From a virus (Duplodnaviria > Caudoviricetes): a DNA stretch of 64,000 nt. The number at the start of each line of letters is the position of its first letter. The stretch's first letter is position 1. Below, in pieces: positions 10,729 through 20,607 of this stretch. Position numbers and translations under genes: made by a program. The notes under the pieces were generated by a model. That model saw only the letters and a program-made list of their open reading frames with translations. It had not been told where the DNA came from and did no database searches. The stretch lies in the IMG/VR virus record IMGVR_UViG_3300010149_000008; one strand, 5' to 3'.

Positions 10729-13700
10729 TGTCTTACGTAAATTATTTAAGAGAATCAAATATAAGCAAGTATACAAATATTATGTCCAATGAAGATGTAA
10801 TAAAAGAATTACTTAAACAATCTTCAGACGAAACATCAAAACTTGCAGCTGAAAAGCCTGAAGTTATAAAAGCAATTTCAGATGTATTTCAATCAATAAC
10901 GACAGAAGCTAAAACTGTTAATGAAATGATTGAAGATGTATACTTGAATTATTGCAAAGTTGTTCCTGGCGATGCAGAAGCAGAAGCAAAAGCAAAAGCA
11001 GAAGAAGTCTTAACAGAATTATCTTCATTTATAACAATAATACACGATGATGCAGAAAACAAGTTTTCTACTAGCACAGAAAATGTTTATACTTTTGATA
11101 ATAGAATAGATATAGGTGATCCTACAACTAAGCCTACTTTGTCTCCTAAAAAACTTAAAGATGTATTTAAGTTCCAAACTCCTTTTGTGTCTTTTAAGAG
11201 TCGTCCAAAACAAAATAAAATAGCAGGTGGAACTACAAAGTATGAACACTATAACAAATACGGATTACTTAACGCTGGCGCTGCAGAAGTTGGTACTATT
11301 TTTACAGCAGGAGGAGTAGCGTCTAGAACAATAAATTCTTCTTTTAAGAACATTTATAATACACATGAAATCTGTCACGCAAAAGCTGATGAAGCAACAG
11401 CTTCATCAAGAGGCGTTGAGGACGCAAGTCAGCTTAATTTAGTTAATGCAACTGGAAGTGGCTCTATACGTAATATTTGTGCAGCTACAAAAGATAAGCC
11501 TAGTCTTGCTTACATACTGATTGATCATCCAGACTTGCGTATAGGAACAAGAAATAGTTTAGAACTATCTACTTTTTTTAACTTATTAAATACAGTAGAA
11601 CTTAGCAAATGCCAACCTTATTTAGACGCTGTATTTGTATTGCCTTCAAATATATCATCAAATAATAATGGTAGAGTTTTTAAAACAGCTTCAATAACAC
11701 AGTTTTTTGAAGGAACGCCTGTATCGCCAAATGTTACAACTGATAATTTTAAAAAAATTGAAGCAAATTTTAAAAGAAAAGTAGGATCTGGTAAAACTGC
11801 AAAAATACAAGATGCTGTTGATACAAACATGTCAGCTTTTACAATGCCACAAACTATAAACAATTTTAACGAAAAGTTTATCGGGCATGGAGAAAACGTA
11901 CAGTTTAACACGGATATGAATTTTGCTAGACAAAACGCAGTTCATGATATCACGAGGCCTTTTTTAACTATAAAGAGTTTTAACATAGATGTTGCTCCAA
12001 CTCAAGGTCTCATGTCTTTTAAGACAGGAAAGCTTTCTTTAGTGCTTCATGATAGAACTCGCATGGTCGATATTGCTCCTTTCATCAAGCCTGATCTTTT
12101 TGGTTCATTTGGCGCTGAAATTTCTATTGAATATGGATGGAGTCATATCGACGGCAAGGTAGAAAATCCTGATGATAAAAAAGCTAGTTACTTAGGGCAA
12201 TTTTTAGAAAAATCTAGAGTAACAGAAAAATACATTATTACAAACTCTTCTTTTACAATGGATGCAACAGGACAAGTTAATATAGAGCTTTCAATAGCAA
12301 TGAGAGGGCCAGTTGACATAAGAAGTGTAAAGCTTCATTCTAATCCTATGCAAAACATTAAAACAAACTCAGTTTTAAAAAGCGAAAAAACTTTTCAAGA
12401 CATTGTAAGCATATTTAATGATCCTGCTCATAAGTATATTTTAGATAAAACTGATGGATATACGCACACAGATGAAAGTGGAGCCAATCCTCAATATATT
12501 TATTATGGAAAGCAGGTATTTCCTATAATTGAAAATTTAGTAACTGCAATTAGAAGTGAAACAAATCAAGTCCAGCTTGATGATCCTAAGTCTATTAAAG
12601 AAGCAAAATATGAAGTTATTAAATCAATTGCTGCAAATTTAACTAAAAGTGTAAGAACAAAATGGCTTAAAGCAAATACTGTTAAGCAAATAATCGAGGC
12701 TTTTAATCTTCTTGATCCAAAGCCTACACAAGAAGGCAAACTTTATTTAAGCGGAAAGTCGCGGCCTTTACTTTATATTCAAACTCATGAAGCTGATATA
12801 AATAATCTCGTAATTAATGCCTTTAGAAAAGATGAGATAAAAATACTCATGAGTAGCATTTTAAATTATATTGATAATGTCTACAATACATACGTTGTAA
12901 ATCAAGATAGTTTGCAACAAAAAGAAAGCACTTTAATAAACAAGATAATTGGTGGTCTAGATAAAATTGATCCTTTTATTAATACTGAGTTTTTAAAGCA
13001 ATATGAAAGAATAATACTAGGTGATGACACATCATCAGGCATATCTGTTAATAACTTAGGGGAAGAAGGAGAAAACGTAGGCTATGTTAGCTTTGGTTCT
13101 TTTATAACTGGTCTTATTGGTACACATATGGCTGCAGTAGGAAAATTTGATGAAATACAAATTGTAAGCTATACTTGTAATGAAAATTGTGGTCTTTTTT
13201 CAAACATGAACGTTTCTTCAATTTTGCTGCCTAAAGATGAATTAAGAGACTTTTTAGGTGACTTATTTGAAGATGGCACAACTATGACGTTAGAAGGAAT
13301 TATTTCTCAAATAATTAATAGATTTATAAATACTAGAACAAATATTTGTTATGGTCTTGCAGAATTTTATGTTATTGATGAAGAAACTGGGAACGTTGAA
13401 GCAGTTTTTAAAGAAGATGCGCAAAAAAAGAACATTAATGACAAACTAAGTACAATTTACCAAATGCTAGCTAATTCAGGTAAATCTCAACAAAGCCAGC
13501 AAACAACAGAAATTTCAGATGTTAGATTTGTTATGCCAAAAATTAAATTTACATTTGATACGCTTACAAGCAAAGATAGCAGTTTTGAAAAAACAATCTC
13601 TAGAATTTCTATATTTGATCAAAATGATAATCCTTTCGGTTCAGTTAACACTATAATGAAAGACGTTTATGATAGACAAATAGTTGCAACAGCTGCAAAA

Positions 13701-15431
13701 TTAAACAAAATTCGTCGTGATCATAAGTCTACTTATATTGATAAAAAAACAAAAAAAATAAAAAAGAAAACAACAAAAAACGTAGCAAGTGATATGCATG
13801 TTGCTGTTAGAGAAAGATTTTATCAAAAAAGTTGGTCTTTAATAAAAGATTTAATAAATCAAGGTGTCTTAATAGAAATTTCTGAAGGTGTTTATGAAAT
13901 TGGAGGTCAATTTAAATTACAAGGTCTTAAAAATAGCTTTAAATCAATTATGCCTTCTATAACTTACGGAACACAAAATTCTGCTGTAATAGAAGCTTCA
14001 GTTTCTACTGTTAATGAAGCCAAGCTTAATACAGTCTATTTAACAAGATCAGATAGAGCTGTAGATGGGAAAAATAAAATAGCAACAAAAGTAGCTTTCT
14101 CAAAAGACTTACCTCTTAGAGTTTTACCCTCGCAAGCAAACGTAACAATATACGGCTGTCCTTTTGTTAATTTTGCTCAATATATTTTCTTAGACTTTGA
14201 AACAGGAACAACTATTGACAATTCATATGCAATTACAGGCATTAAGCATGATTTATCTCCTGGGAAATTTACAACACAACTAACACTTTCTTACGGTGAT
14301 GTATACGGTAAATACGAAAATTCAGCTCAAACAATTGCAAGAACAATTAATGACATTGTAAAGCCTAAATCAATAGTAAGTGCTGTAGATGATGTGAGTA
14401 CTATTAAGATTAATTCATTTAAGAAAAGAGGAGATAAGCTAGGCAAAAAAGCAGCACTTATAGAAGTTACAAAAACATTTAATGGGAATATTAATTTTAA
14501 CATTAAGATTGTAGCTTCAAGAAGTAACGAAGTAGTCATTAAAAAAACTGGTGTCGTTAGCGATTATGATATGATTATATATGTTAACGAAAATAAACAA
14601 GGCAACCCTGCTGAGCTAGCTGATGGGAAATCTATAGATATATCTTTAGACATGACAAACGGATCTAATGATATTAAATTTTTCCAAGGAACAGCAGCTG
14701 ACTTTGGCATGCATGCTTATGCAAAAGCTAAGAATCTTTTTAAAACCCCGAATAGAATACCTACAGGTGGATTTGGCTTTGATACAAAAAGTCTTGCAAA
14801 CTTTAAGTCAATGGGTGTGAATGTGTTTAACAAAATTAGTGGTGATTTTATTAAAAACAGTTCAGCTGAAAGACTAAAATTTTTGAAAGATGCATTAACT
14901 CAACATGTTGGTTTCTTTTTTAAATTAAAATTTAAGTATAATGGTGTTGGCACTAATATTGAGCCTGATGCTATAAATCCTTCTTTAACAATAGACTGGA
15001 ATTTATTTGACAAAGTAAAAGTAGCTAATTTATTTAAAGCGTATGAAGATGTCAATGAAACAAACAACATTAGTTTAAATCCAGAGTACATTAATAAAGT
15101 ATCTAAAATATTAACTGACAACAACATACAAACAATTGAAGGTAGAAAAGAAAGTGTAAGTTTTTATACTAGCACTATAAAAAACATTAAAAGAAAACAA
15201 AAACTAAGTGCGTATGCAAAGCCTGGAAGTATAATGTTTACAACTGCTGGTTTAGAATTTGAAGTTATTGATGGATTTAAGTTTATTGGAAAAAAGAAAG
15301 TTAAAGTGGGTAAAAAAACAGTCGAAAAGATTGTAGCTGAATTTTCTTATAAAAAAGGCTCAATATCACTTAAGGATTTATTAGACAATATTACAGATCC
15401 TAAGAAACTTTATAATTTAAAGTCTAGATAA
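10728..15431 (+). CDS. Baseplate hub protein (gp27/VgrG/gpD-like) with long extensions
   Basis: C-proximal ANVTIYGCPFVNFAQYIFLDFETGTTIDNSYAITGIKHDLSPGKFTTQLTL is typical of hub/late-control-D proteins. ISIEYGWSH motif in the middle. Canonical TMP-tube initiator-LysM-hub order. Confidence 0.62.
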   Translation: MSYVNYLRESNISKYTNIMSNEDVIKELLKQSSDETSKLAAEKPEVIKAISDVFQSITTEAKTVNEMIEDVYLNYCKVVPGDAEAEAKAKAEEVLTELSSFITIIHDDAENKFSTSTENVYTFDNRIDIGDPTTKPTLSPKKLKDVFKFQTPFVSFKSRPKQNKIAGGTTKYEHYNKYGLLNAGAAEVGTIFTAGGVASRTINSSFKNIYNTHEICHAKADEATASSRGVEDASQLNLVNATGSGSIRNICAATKDKPSLAYILIDHPDLRIGTRNSLELSTFFNLLNTVELSKCQPYLDAVFVLPSNISSNNNGRVFKTASITQFFEGTPVSPNVTTDNFKKIEANFKRKVGSGKTAKIQDAVDTNMSAFTMPQTINNFNEKFIGHGENVQFNTDMNFARQNAVHDITRPFLTIKSFNIDVAPTQGLMSFKTGKLSLVLHDRTRMVDIAPFIKPDLFGSFGAEISIEYGWSHIDGKVENPDDKKASYLGQFLEKSRVTEKYIITNSSFTMDATGQVNIELSIAMRGPVDIRSVKLHSNPMQNIKTNSVLKSEKTFQDIVSIFNDPAHKYILDKTDGYTHTDESGANPQYIYYGKQVFPIIENLVTAIRSETNQVQLDDPKSIKEAKYEVIKSIAANLTKSVRTKWLKANTVKQIIEAFNLLDPKPTQEGKLYLSGKSRPLLYIQTHEADINNLVINAFRKDEIKILMSSILNYIDNVYNTYVVNQDSLQQKESTLINKIIGGLDKIDPFINTEFLKQYERIILGDDTSSGISVNNLGEEGENVGYVSFGSFITGLIGTHMAAVGKFDEIQIVSYTCNENCGLFSNMNVSSILLPKDELRDFLGDLFEDGTTMTLEGIISQIINRFINTRTNICYGLAEFYVIDEETGNVEAVFKEDAQKKNINDKLSTIYQMLANSGKSQQSQQTTEISDVRFVMPKIKFTFDTLTSKDSSFEKTISRISIFDQNDNPFGSVNTIMKDVYDRQIVATAAKLNKIRRDHKSTYIDKKTKKIKKKTTKNVASDMHVAVRERFYQKSWSLIKDLINQGVLIEISEGVYEIGGQFKLQGLKNSFKSIMPSITYGTQNSAVIEASVSTVNEAKLNTVYLTRSDRAVDGKNKIATKVAFSKDLPLRVLPSQANVTIYGCPFVNFAQYIFLDFETGTTIDNSYAITGIKHDLSPGKFTTQLTLSYGDVYGKYENSAQTIARTINDIVKPKSIVSAVDDVSTIKINSFKKRGDKLGKKAALIEVTKTFNGNINFNIKIVASRSNEVVIKKTGVVSDYDMIIYVNENKQGNPAELADGKSIDISLDMTNGSNDIKFFQGTAADFGMHAYAKAKNLFKTPNRIPTGGFGFDTKSLANFKSMGVNVFNKISGDFIKNSSAERLKFLKDALTQHVGFFFKLKFKYNGVGTNIEPDAINPSLTIDWNLFDKVKVANLFKAYEDVNETNNISLNPEYINKVSKILTDNNIQTIEGRKESVSFYTSTIKNIKRKQKLSAYAKPGSIMFTTAGLEFEVIDGFKFIGKKKVKVGKKTVEKIVAEFSYKKGSISLKDLLDNITDPKKLYNLKSR

Positions 15432-15439
15432 AATTTTTT

Positions 15440-15467
15440 TGTAAATTTTTCTATATAGTATTATACT
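15440..15467 (+). promoter_or_regulatory. Putative phage promoter TGTAAA-N16-TATACT
   Basis: Member of the repeated motif family. Directly upstream of the PolA-like gene. Confidence 0.6.
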
Positions 15468-15473
15468 CATATT

Positions 15474-16523
15474 ATGAGTGAATTATATAGATTATATAGA
15501 ATAGAAAATTTAAGTAAGTGGACAAAATATATTTCTATGTTTGACTTAAAAAAGTTTTATGATATAGAAAGTGTTTTACCTAATCATTTAGTAGAAAAAT
15601 ACAAAGAGGATGTTGAAAATGCAAACAGTATCTTAACAGAAAAAGATTTAACTTTAAATTATATAGACAAGTTTAAATCAAATCAGAAAATCTTTAAGAC
15701 AATAGAACCTGCAAAAATAAATTTAATATCTTATAGAGTTTTTAAAGAGCTAGAGAAAAACGAGACAATACTAAGTAATCTTCTTTCTTTTAAGCCTGTT
15801 AATGGCTTTGCTAATAAAGCAATGTATAAACAGACGTCTACAATTACAGGTAGACTAACAGACCAATCAGGATGCCCTAAGATCTTAACTTTGCCGGCTA
15901 GATGTCGTAAAATATTTGAAAGTAGATGGCAAAGAAATGGTGATCTTTTATACATTGATTTTAAAAACCTAGAACCACGTGTTATAAGAAAGATAAATGG
16001 TAAAGAAGCAGGTGATGACATATACAACGAAATTTCAGATGGTTTAGACTTTGAGGTTGATAGAGTTATTATTAAAAGAGGAATTATTTCAACTTTATAC
16101 GGTTCTTCTTCACAAATAGAAGGTTTAAGCAAAGATAGAAGCGAAGCAGTATTAGAAGCAACAAAGAGCTACTTTGATCTAAAAGCTATATTAAATAAAG
16201 CATCTATTGTCAACGAGATTGGCTGCAGAAACAACTATTATGGTAGACCAATATGGAATATCGAAGAAACAAAAGAAAACAAACTGATAAACAATTATGT
16301 ACAATCAACAGCTGTTGATATTGCACTTTCATATTTTTCAGAGTTATGTGATAAAATAAATCTAGAACTGTGCAAACCAGTTTATATTATTCATGATGCT
16401 TTAATATTAGACGTGCACAACGATTATATAAGTGATATTATGAACATCCTGGACACAGGATATAATTGCGAAAAACTTGGACATTTTCCTGTTGAAATAG
16501 AAAAATTATCGGAGACATTTTAA
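15474..16523 (+). CDS. Minimal family A DNA polymerase (polymerase domain only)
   Basis: TSTITGRLT, motif A YIDFKNLEPRV, motif B R.IIKRGIISTLYG, NNYVQSTAVDI and motif C IIHDALILDV. Only 349 aa, with no exonuclease domains. Confidence 0.8.
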   Translation: MSELYRLYRIENLSKWTKYISMFDLKKFYDIESVLPNHLVEKYKEDVENANSILTEKDLTLNYIDKFKSNQKIFKTIEPAKINLISYRVFKELEKNETILSNLLSFKPVNGFANKAMYKQTSTITGRLTDQSGCPKILTLPARCRKIFESRWQRNGDLLYIDFKNLEPRVIRKINGKEAGDDIYNEISDGLDFEVDRVIIKRGIISTLYGSSSQIEGLSKDRSEAVLEATKSYFDLKAILNKASIVNEIGCRNNYYGRPIWNIEETKENKLINNYVQSTAVDIALSYFSELCDKINLELCKPVYIIHDALILDVHNDYISDIMNILDTGYNCEKLGHFPVEIEKLSETF

Positions 16524-17128
16524 TGTATAAACAAAGAGACGTAGAAAAGCTATGGTCAAAGTATGAAGGACTTTTACATAAGCTTCAAGACCCTAGCATA
16601 AACAGCCTTTTAGAAAAACAAGGGCAGAGAATTATAATGGGAACATTTTCTCAAAGAGAAAAAGAGCAATTCTGTGGAATTGGAGGTTTAGTTGAATATG
16701 CCCTAGAGTTAGTAAAAACAAGTAGTCTTATCACGAAAGCATTAAATTATGACATAAACAAAGGATCACTTATTAAGTGCTCACTACTTTCAGTTTTAGG
16801 TAGAGTAGGAACTCCAGAGATTGATAGGTTTATAGATACTACTTCGGAGTGGCATAAAGAAAAGTTAGGACAATATTTCGATTGGAATGAACAATGTCCA
16901 AAGTATCAAGTAAATGATATGTCTCTTTATTGGCTGCAAAAATTTAATATCTCACTTACATGGGACGAGTGGAATGCAATATTATTACTTAGAGAAAACT
17001 CTTCAGAAGTTAGTAAGTTTTATGGTTCACATAAGTCAAGGTTAGCAACAGTACTTTGTTTATCAAGTGAAGCTGTACTTAAAGATGAATTAGATAAAAT
17101 TGCTGGAACTTATACTGTACCTTTTTAA
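16523..17128 (+). CDS. Degenerate HD-domain protein
   Basis: GGLVEYAL...SLLSVLGRVG...EW follows the phage YhaM-like pattern GGL..H.l...aLlHDlGK.g, but the His/Asp metal ligands are replaced. Confidence 0.55.
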   Translation: MYKQRDVEKLWSKYEGLLHKLQDPSINSLLEKQGQRIIMGTFSQREKEQFCGIGGLVEYALELVKTSSLITKALNYDINKGSLIKCSLLSVLGRVGTPEIDRFIDTTSEWHKEKLGQYFDWNEQCPKYQVNDMSLYWLQKFNISLTWDEWNAILLLRENSSEVSKFYGSHKSRLATVLCLSSEAVLKDELDKIAGTYTVPF

Positions 17129-17155
17129 TATATATGATAAACAAAAGGAACAACA

Positions 17156-17476
17156 ATGAACAGCGATTTATATTATCTTGTTTTAGAGGCTCTTTTAGAT
17201 GAAGCTGAAATTAATGAGTTTAGTGGTGTAGGTGCAATTGGTGTCGTTGCGACACCTTTAGGCACAGGTCCTACAGGAAAAGTTAAGTACAGAAGTGGCA
17301 AAAGTAAAAGTGACTCAGACTATAAGAAAAAAACAAGATCTAAAAAGTCTAAAACAAAATCACCTTCTTTCTATCTAAAAAATGGACCGGCAAAAAAAAG
17401 GTTGCAAGAGCAAAAAGCAATTGAAATGGAAACATTATTGCATAATGCTGTTGAATTAGTTCTAAGTAGTTATTGA
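17156..17476 (+). CDS. Small basic hypothetical protein with an acidic L-x-E N-terminus
   Basis: RBS AAGGA. Sequence LVLEALLDEAEINEFSGVGAIGVVATPLG followed by a Lys-rich tail. Confidence 0.55.
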   Translation: MNSDLYYLVLEALLDEAEINEFSGVGAIGVVATPLGTGPTGKVKYRSGKSKSDSDYKKKTRSKKSKTKSPSFYLKNGPAKKRLQEQKAIEMETLLHNAVELVLSSY

Positions 17477-17506
17477 AATTAAAAAAAACAAAATTAAAAT
17501 TTAACG

Positions 17507-17534
17507 TGTAAATTTAAAACAATCATTATATAAT
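17507..17534 (+). promoter_or_regulatory. Putative phage promoter TGTAAA-N16-TATAAT
   Basis: Exact motif, with the extended form ACGTGTAAAT, upstream of the SSB gene. Confidence 0.7.
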
Positions 17535-17608
17535 TCATCATGATTGGTTCAAACAAATAAAATTAATTATTACCAATTAAAAATTAAACAATTAGGAAGG
17601 TATTATTT

Positions 17609-18418
17609 ATGGCTATCGATTTAGCAGCAATCCGCAAGAAACTTAATCAAATTAGTGGACAAAACTCTCGTAAAAACGTTATGTGGCGACCAGAAGAAGG
17701 CTCTGAGACAACAGTTCGACTTATTGCTTATCCAGACAATGATGGGCAACCTTTTAAGGAGCTTATGTTTTACTACAACATTGGAAACAATCCTGGCTTG
17801 TTGTCCCCGTATCAATTTGGAAAAGCAGACCCTATTCAAGAGCTTATTACTAAGCTTAGAGATGAAGGATCTAAAGAGTCTTATGAGTTAGCAAAGAAGC
17901 TATATCCAAAAATGCGATGTTACGCTCCAGTTATTGTTAGAGGTGAAGAAGATAAAGGTGTTAGACTTTGGGCATTTGGAAAGCAAGTTTATCAAACATT
18001 ATTAAACTATATGTTAGATGAAGACTACGGTGACATTACAGATCCTACTGAAGGTCGTGACGTACGTATTACTTGTACTAAAACTCCAGGAAAGATGTGG
18101 GCTACAACAGATGTTCGACCAAGAGGGAAAGATACACCACTTAGCGAAGATAGTAGTAAAGCAAAGAAATGGTTAGATAATATTCCCGATGTAAATGATA
18201 TGTTTGAACTCAAGTCTTACGAAGAGTTAGAAAGAATTATTAACGAGTGGCTCAGCGGAGACGAAGAAGACAGTAAACAAACAGAGACAACACGCGGCGG
18301 TTCTTCTAACAGCTTCAATAGTACGACTAGCTCAATATCTAATGATGACTCACCAGACGCAATTAACAGCAAATATAATTCACTTGATGACGCATTTGCT
18401 GACCTTGAAAGCCTTTAA
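17609..18418 (+). CDS. T4 gp32-like single-stranded DNA-binding protein
   Basis: MAIDLAAIRKKL N-terminus, W.P.eG..tvRl, LYPKMR.YAPVIVRGEEDKGVRLWAFGK, DYGDITDP..GRD, acidic C-terminal tail (DDAFADLESL). Confidence 0.8.
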   Translation: MAIDLAAIRKKLNQISGQNSRKNVMWRPEEGSETTVRLIAYPDNDGQPFKELMFYYNIGNNPGLLSPYQFGKADPIQELITKLRDEGSKESYELAKKLYPKMRCYAPVIVRGEEDKGVRLWAFGKQVYQTLLNYMLDEDYGDITDPTEGRDVRITCTKTPGKMWATTDVRPRGKDTPLSEDSSKAKKWLDNIPDVNDMFELKSYEELERIINEWLSGDEEDSKQTETTRGGSSNSFNSTTSSISNDDSPDAINSKYNSLDDAFADLESL

Positions 18419-18436
18419 TCAGAGAGAATTAAATAA

Positions 18437-19636
18437 ATGGCAAAAAAGAAACCTAAAGAACCATTAGACGACTTTACGTCAGATCTAATTAAATCATTAA
18501 ATAAAGAAAGAGGTTCTCGAGTTGCTTATAATCTTAGCACAGATGAGTCTCCTACACATGTTAATAGATGGATTAGTACAGGATCTAAGCAATTAGACTA
18601 TATTATTGCAAATCAAAGAGATGGAGGTTTACCTGAGGGTAGGATTGTAGAAATATTTGGTCCTCCTAGTATAGGTAAATCTCATATTGCAACGCAAATT
18701 GCAAAGTCTACACAGAAAATGGGAGGAATTGTTGTATACATTGATACAGAAAACGCAACTTCAGTTGAAAATCTTAGGTTGCTTGGTGTAGATATTACAA
18801 AGAGATTTGTATATGTTGACACCCATTGTACAGAAGAAGTATTATCTATTGCAGAGTCTACAATTATTAAGGCAAAAGCAATGAACAAAGATGTGCCTGT
18901 AACAATTATATGGGATTCAGTTGCAGCAACTTCACCAAAAGCAGAATTATCAGGAGATTATGATCAAAACTCTATAGGTCTACAAGCTCGAGCGATTTCT
19001 AAAGGTATGCGAAAAATTACAGGTGTTATTGCTAACGAAAAAGTTCTTATGGTTTGTTTAAATCAGATTAGAACTAAAGTAGGCGTTTTATATGGTGATC
19101 CTACAACAACACCCGGCGGAATGGCAATACCTTTTCACAGTTCAGTACGTATTAAGCTAGGAGCAGGCTCTCAAATTCTAAATAAAGAGAAAGAGCCAAT
19201 TGGTATAAACGTGTCTGCAAAGACAATTAAAAACAAAGTATCAGCACCTTTTAGGAAGTGTGACTTTGAGATCCACTTTGGCAAAGGCATTAGAGAGCAT
19301 GAACAAGTTTTTGATTTGTTGAGAAAGAATGGACCAGAAGAAATTAATAATTACCACATTGAAGTTTCTGGAAACGGTGCATGGAAAAATCTTCTTGTTT
19401 CGACGTTAGACTCAGGCGAAGTAATTGTTGATAAGAAGTTTTATAAAGCTGAGTTTGATCAAATTATGAAGCATCCAGAGTTTGGACAATATGTCGATAT
19501 GCTATTAGAAAAAGCAATGATTAGAAAAAACGAAGTAGATGATCCAGACATTGATCCAGAAAGTTATACAGAAATACAAGAAGTTGCTCGACAAGTTATG
19601 GATGTACACTCAGACGCATTTGAAGCACTAAAGTAA
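18437..19636 (+). CDS. recA: RecA/UvsX recombinase
   Basis: GGLPEGRIVEIFGPPSIGKS Walker A, YIDTENA, IIWDSVAA, NQIR.KVG..YGDP.TTPGG, FHSSVRI. Confidence 0.95.
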   Translation: MAKKKPKEPLDDFTSDLIKSLNKERGSRVAYNLSTDESPTHVNRWISTGSKQLDYIIANQRDGGLPEGRIVEIFGPPSIGKSHIATQIAKSTQKMGGIVVYIDTENATSVENLRLLGVDITKRFVYVDTHCTEEVLSIAESTIIKAKAMNKDVPVTIIWDSVAATSPKAELSGDYDQNSIGLQARAISKGMRKITGVIANEKVLMVCLNQIRTKVGVLYGDPTTTPGGMAIPFHSSVRIKLGAGSQILNKEKEPIGINVSAKTIKNKVSAPFRKCDFEIHFGKGIREHEQVFDLLRKNGPEEINNYHIEVSGNGAWKNLLVSTLDSGEVIVDKKFYKAEFDQIMKHPEFGQYVDMLLEKAMIRKNEVDDPDIDPESYTEIQEVARQVMDVHSDAFEALK

Positions 19637-19637
19637 T

Positions 19638-20606
19638 ATGAACAATAAGCCTGATATTTATATTGATGGCTTAAACGTTTTTATGAGACACTTTGCCGCC
19701 AATCCAGCTAAGTCTTTAAACGGACAGTTGTGTGGCGGCATTTTTGGTATGTTAAGAAATATTCAGCATCTCACGGAAAAGTTTAAGCCTTCTAATGTTT
19801 TTGTTGTATGGGAAGGCGGAGGCTCTCCTAGAAGAAGAAATATTGACCCTAACTATAAACAAGGTCGTAGACCAATTAGACTTAATAGAAGTGAGTTTCA
19901 TGAAGACATACCTGATACTCAAGAAAATAGAGATTGGCAACTTAAAACTTTAGTTAATATTCTTTATAAGACGCCTGTTACACAAGTTTACGTATCAGAT
20001 TGTGAAGCAGATGATGTAATAGCTTATTTGACGTCGACCAAGTCATCGACTAAAGAAAAAATAATTGTAACTTCTGACAAAGATTACTATCAGCTAATAA
20101 GTAATAGTGTTAAAATATGGAGTCCTAATAAAAAGATTTTGATTGATGAAGACTATGTACTTGAAAAGTGGGGTGTAATGCCTAAGAATTTTTGTGCTAC
20201 AAGATGTTTTAGTGGAGATCAGAGTGACGGTATTAAAGGTGTTAAAGGCGCCGGATTTAAAGTAATGACCAAGAGGTTTCCAGTTTTAGGTACGTGCAAA
20301 GATATATCCGTGAATGATATAATAAAAGAGGCCGGCAAAGAAGTAAAAAACGGCAGCAAGCTTAAGCTGTTTAAGAACATTGTAGATGCTTCAAATGACA
20401 TCAATAAAAACTGGAAGCTTATGTATTTAGATTCTATGATGTTAAGTGCTGATCAAATTAAAAAGATCAATTATCAAATTGAAAACAAAGAAAACAGAAT
20501 AAATAAGTTTGATTTGCTTAAGACTTTAAATAAGCAAGGTCTAAATGCTTTTGACATACACACCTTTCTGTTAACAATAAAATCTAGTTTAAGGACACAA
20601 ACATAA
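19638..20606 (+). CDS. 5'-3' exonuclease / flap endonuclease (PolI 5'-exo, T4 RNase H family)
   Basis: IDGLN, EADDVIAYL, TSDKDYYQL, GDQSDGIKGVKGAG (helix-3-turn-helix). Confidence 0.9.
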   Translation: MNNKPDIYIDGLNVFMRHFAANPAKSLNGQLCGGIFGMLRNIQHLTEKFKPSNVFVVWEGGGSPRRRNIDPNYKQGRRPIRLNRSEFHEDIPDTQENRDWQLKTLVNILYKTPVTQVYVSDCEADDVIAYLTSTKSSTKEKIIVTSDKDYYQLISNSVKIWSPNKKILIDEDYVLEKWGVMPKNFCATRCFSGDQSDGIKGVKGAGFKVMTKRFPVLGTCKDISVNDIIKEAGKEVKNGSKLKLFKNIVDASNDINKNWKLMYLDSMMLSADQIKKINYQIENKENRINKFDLLKTLNKQGLNAFDIHTFLLTIKSSLRTQT

Positions 20607-20607
20607 T

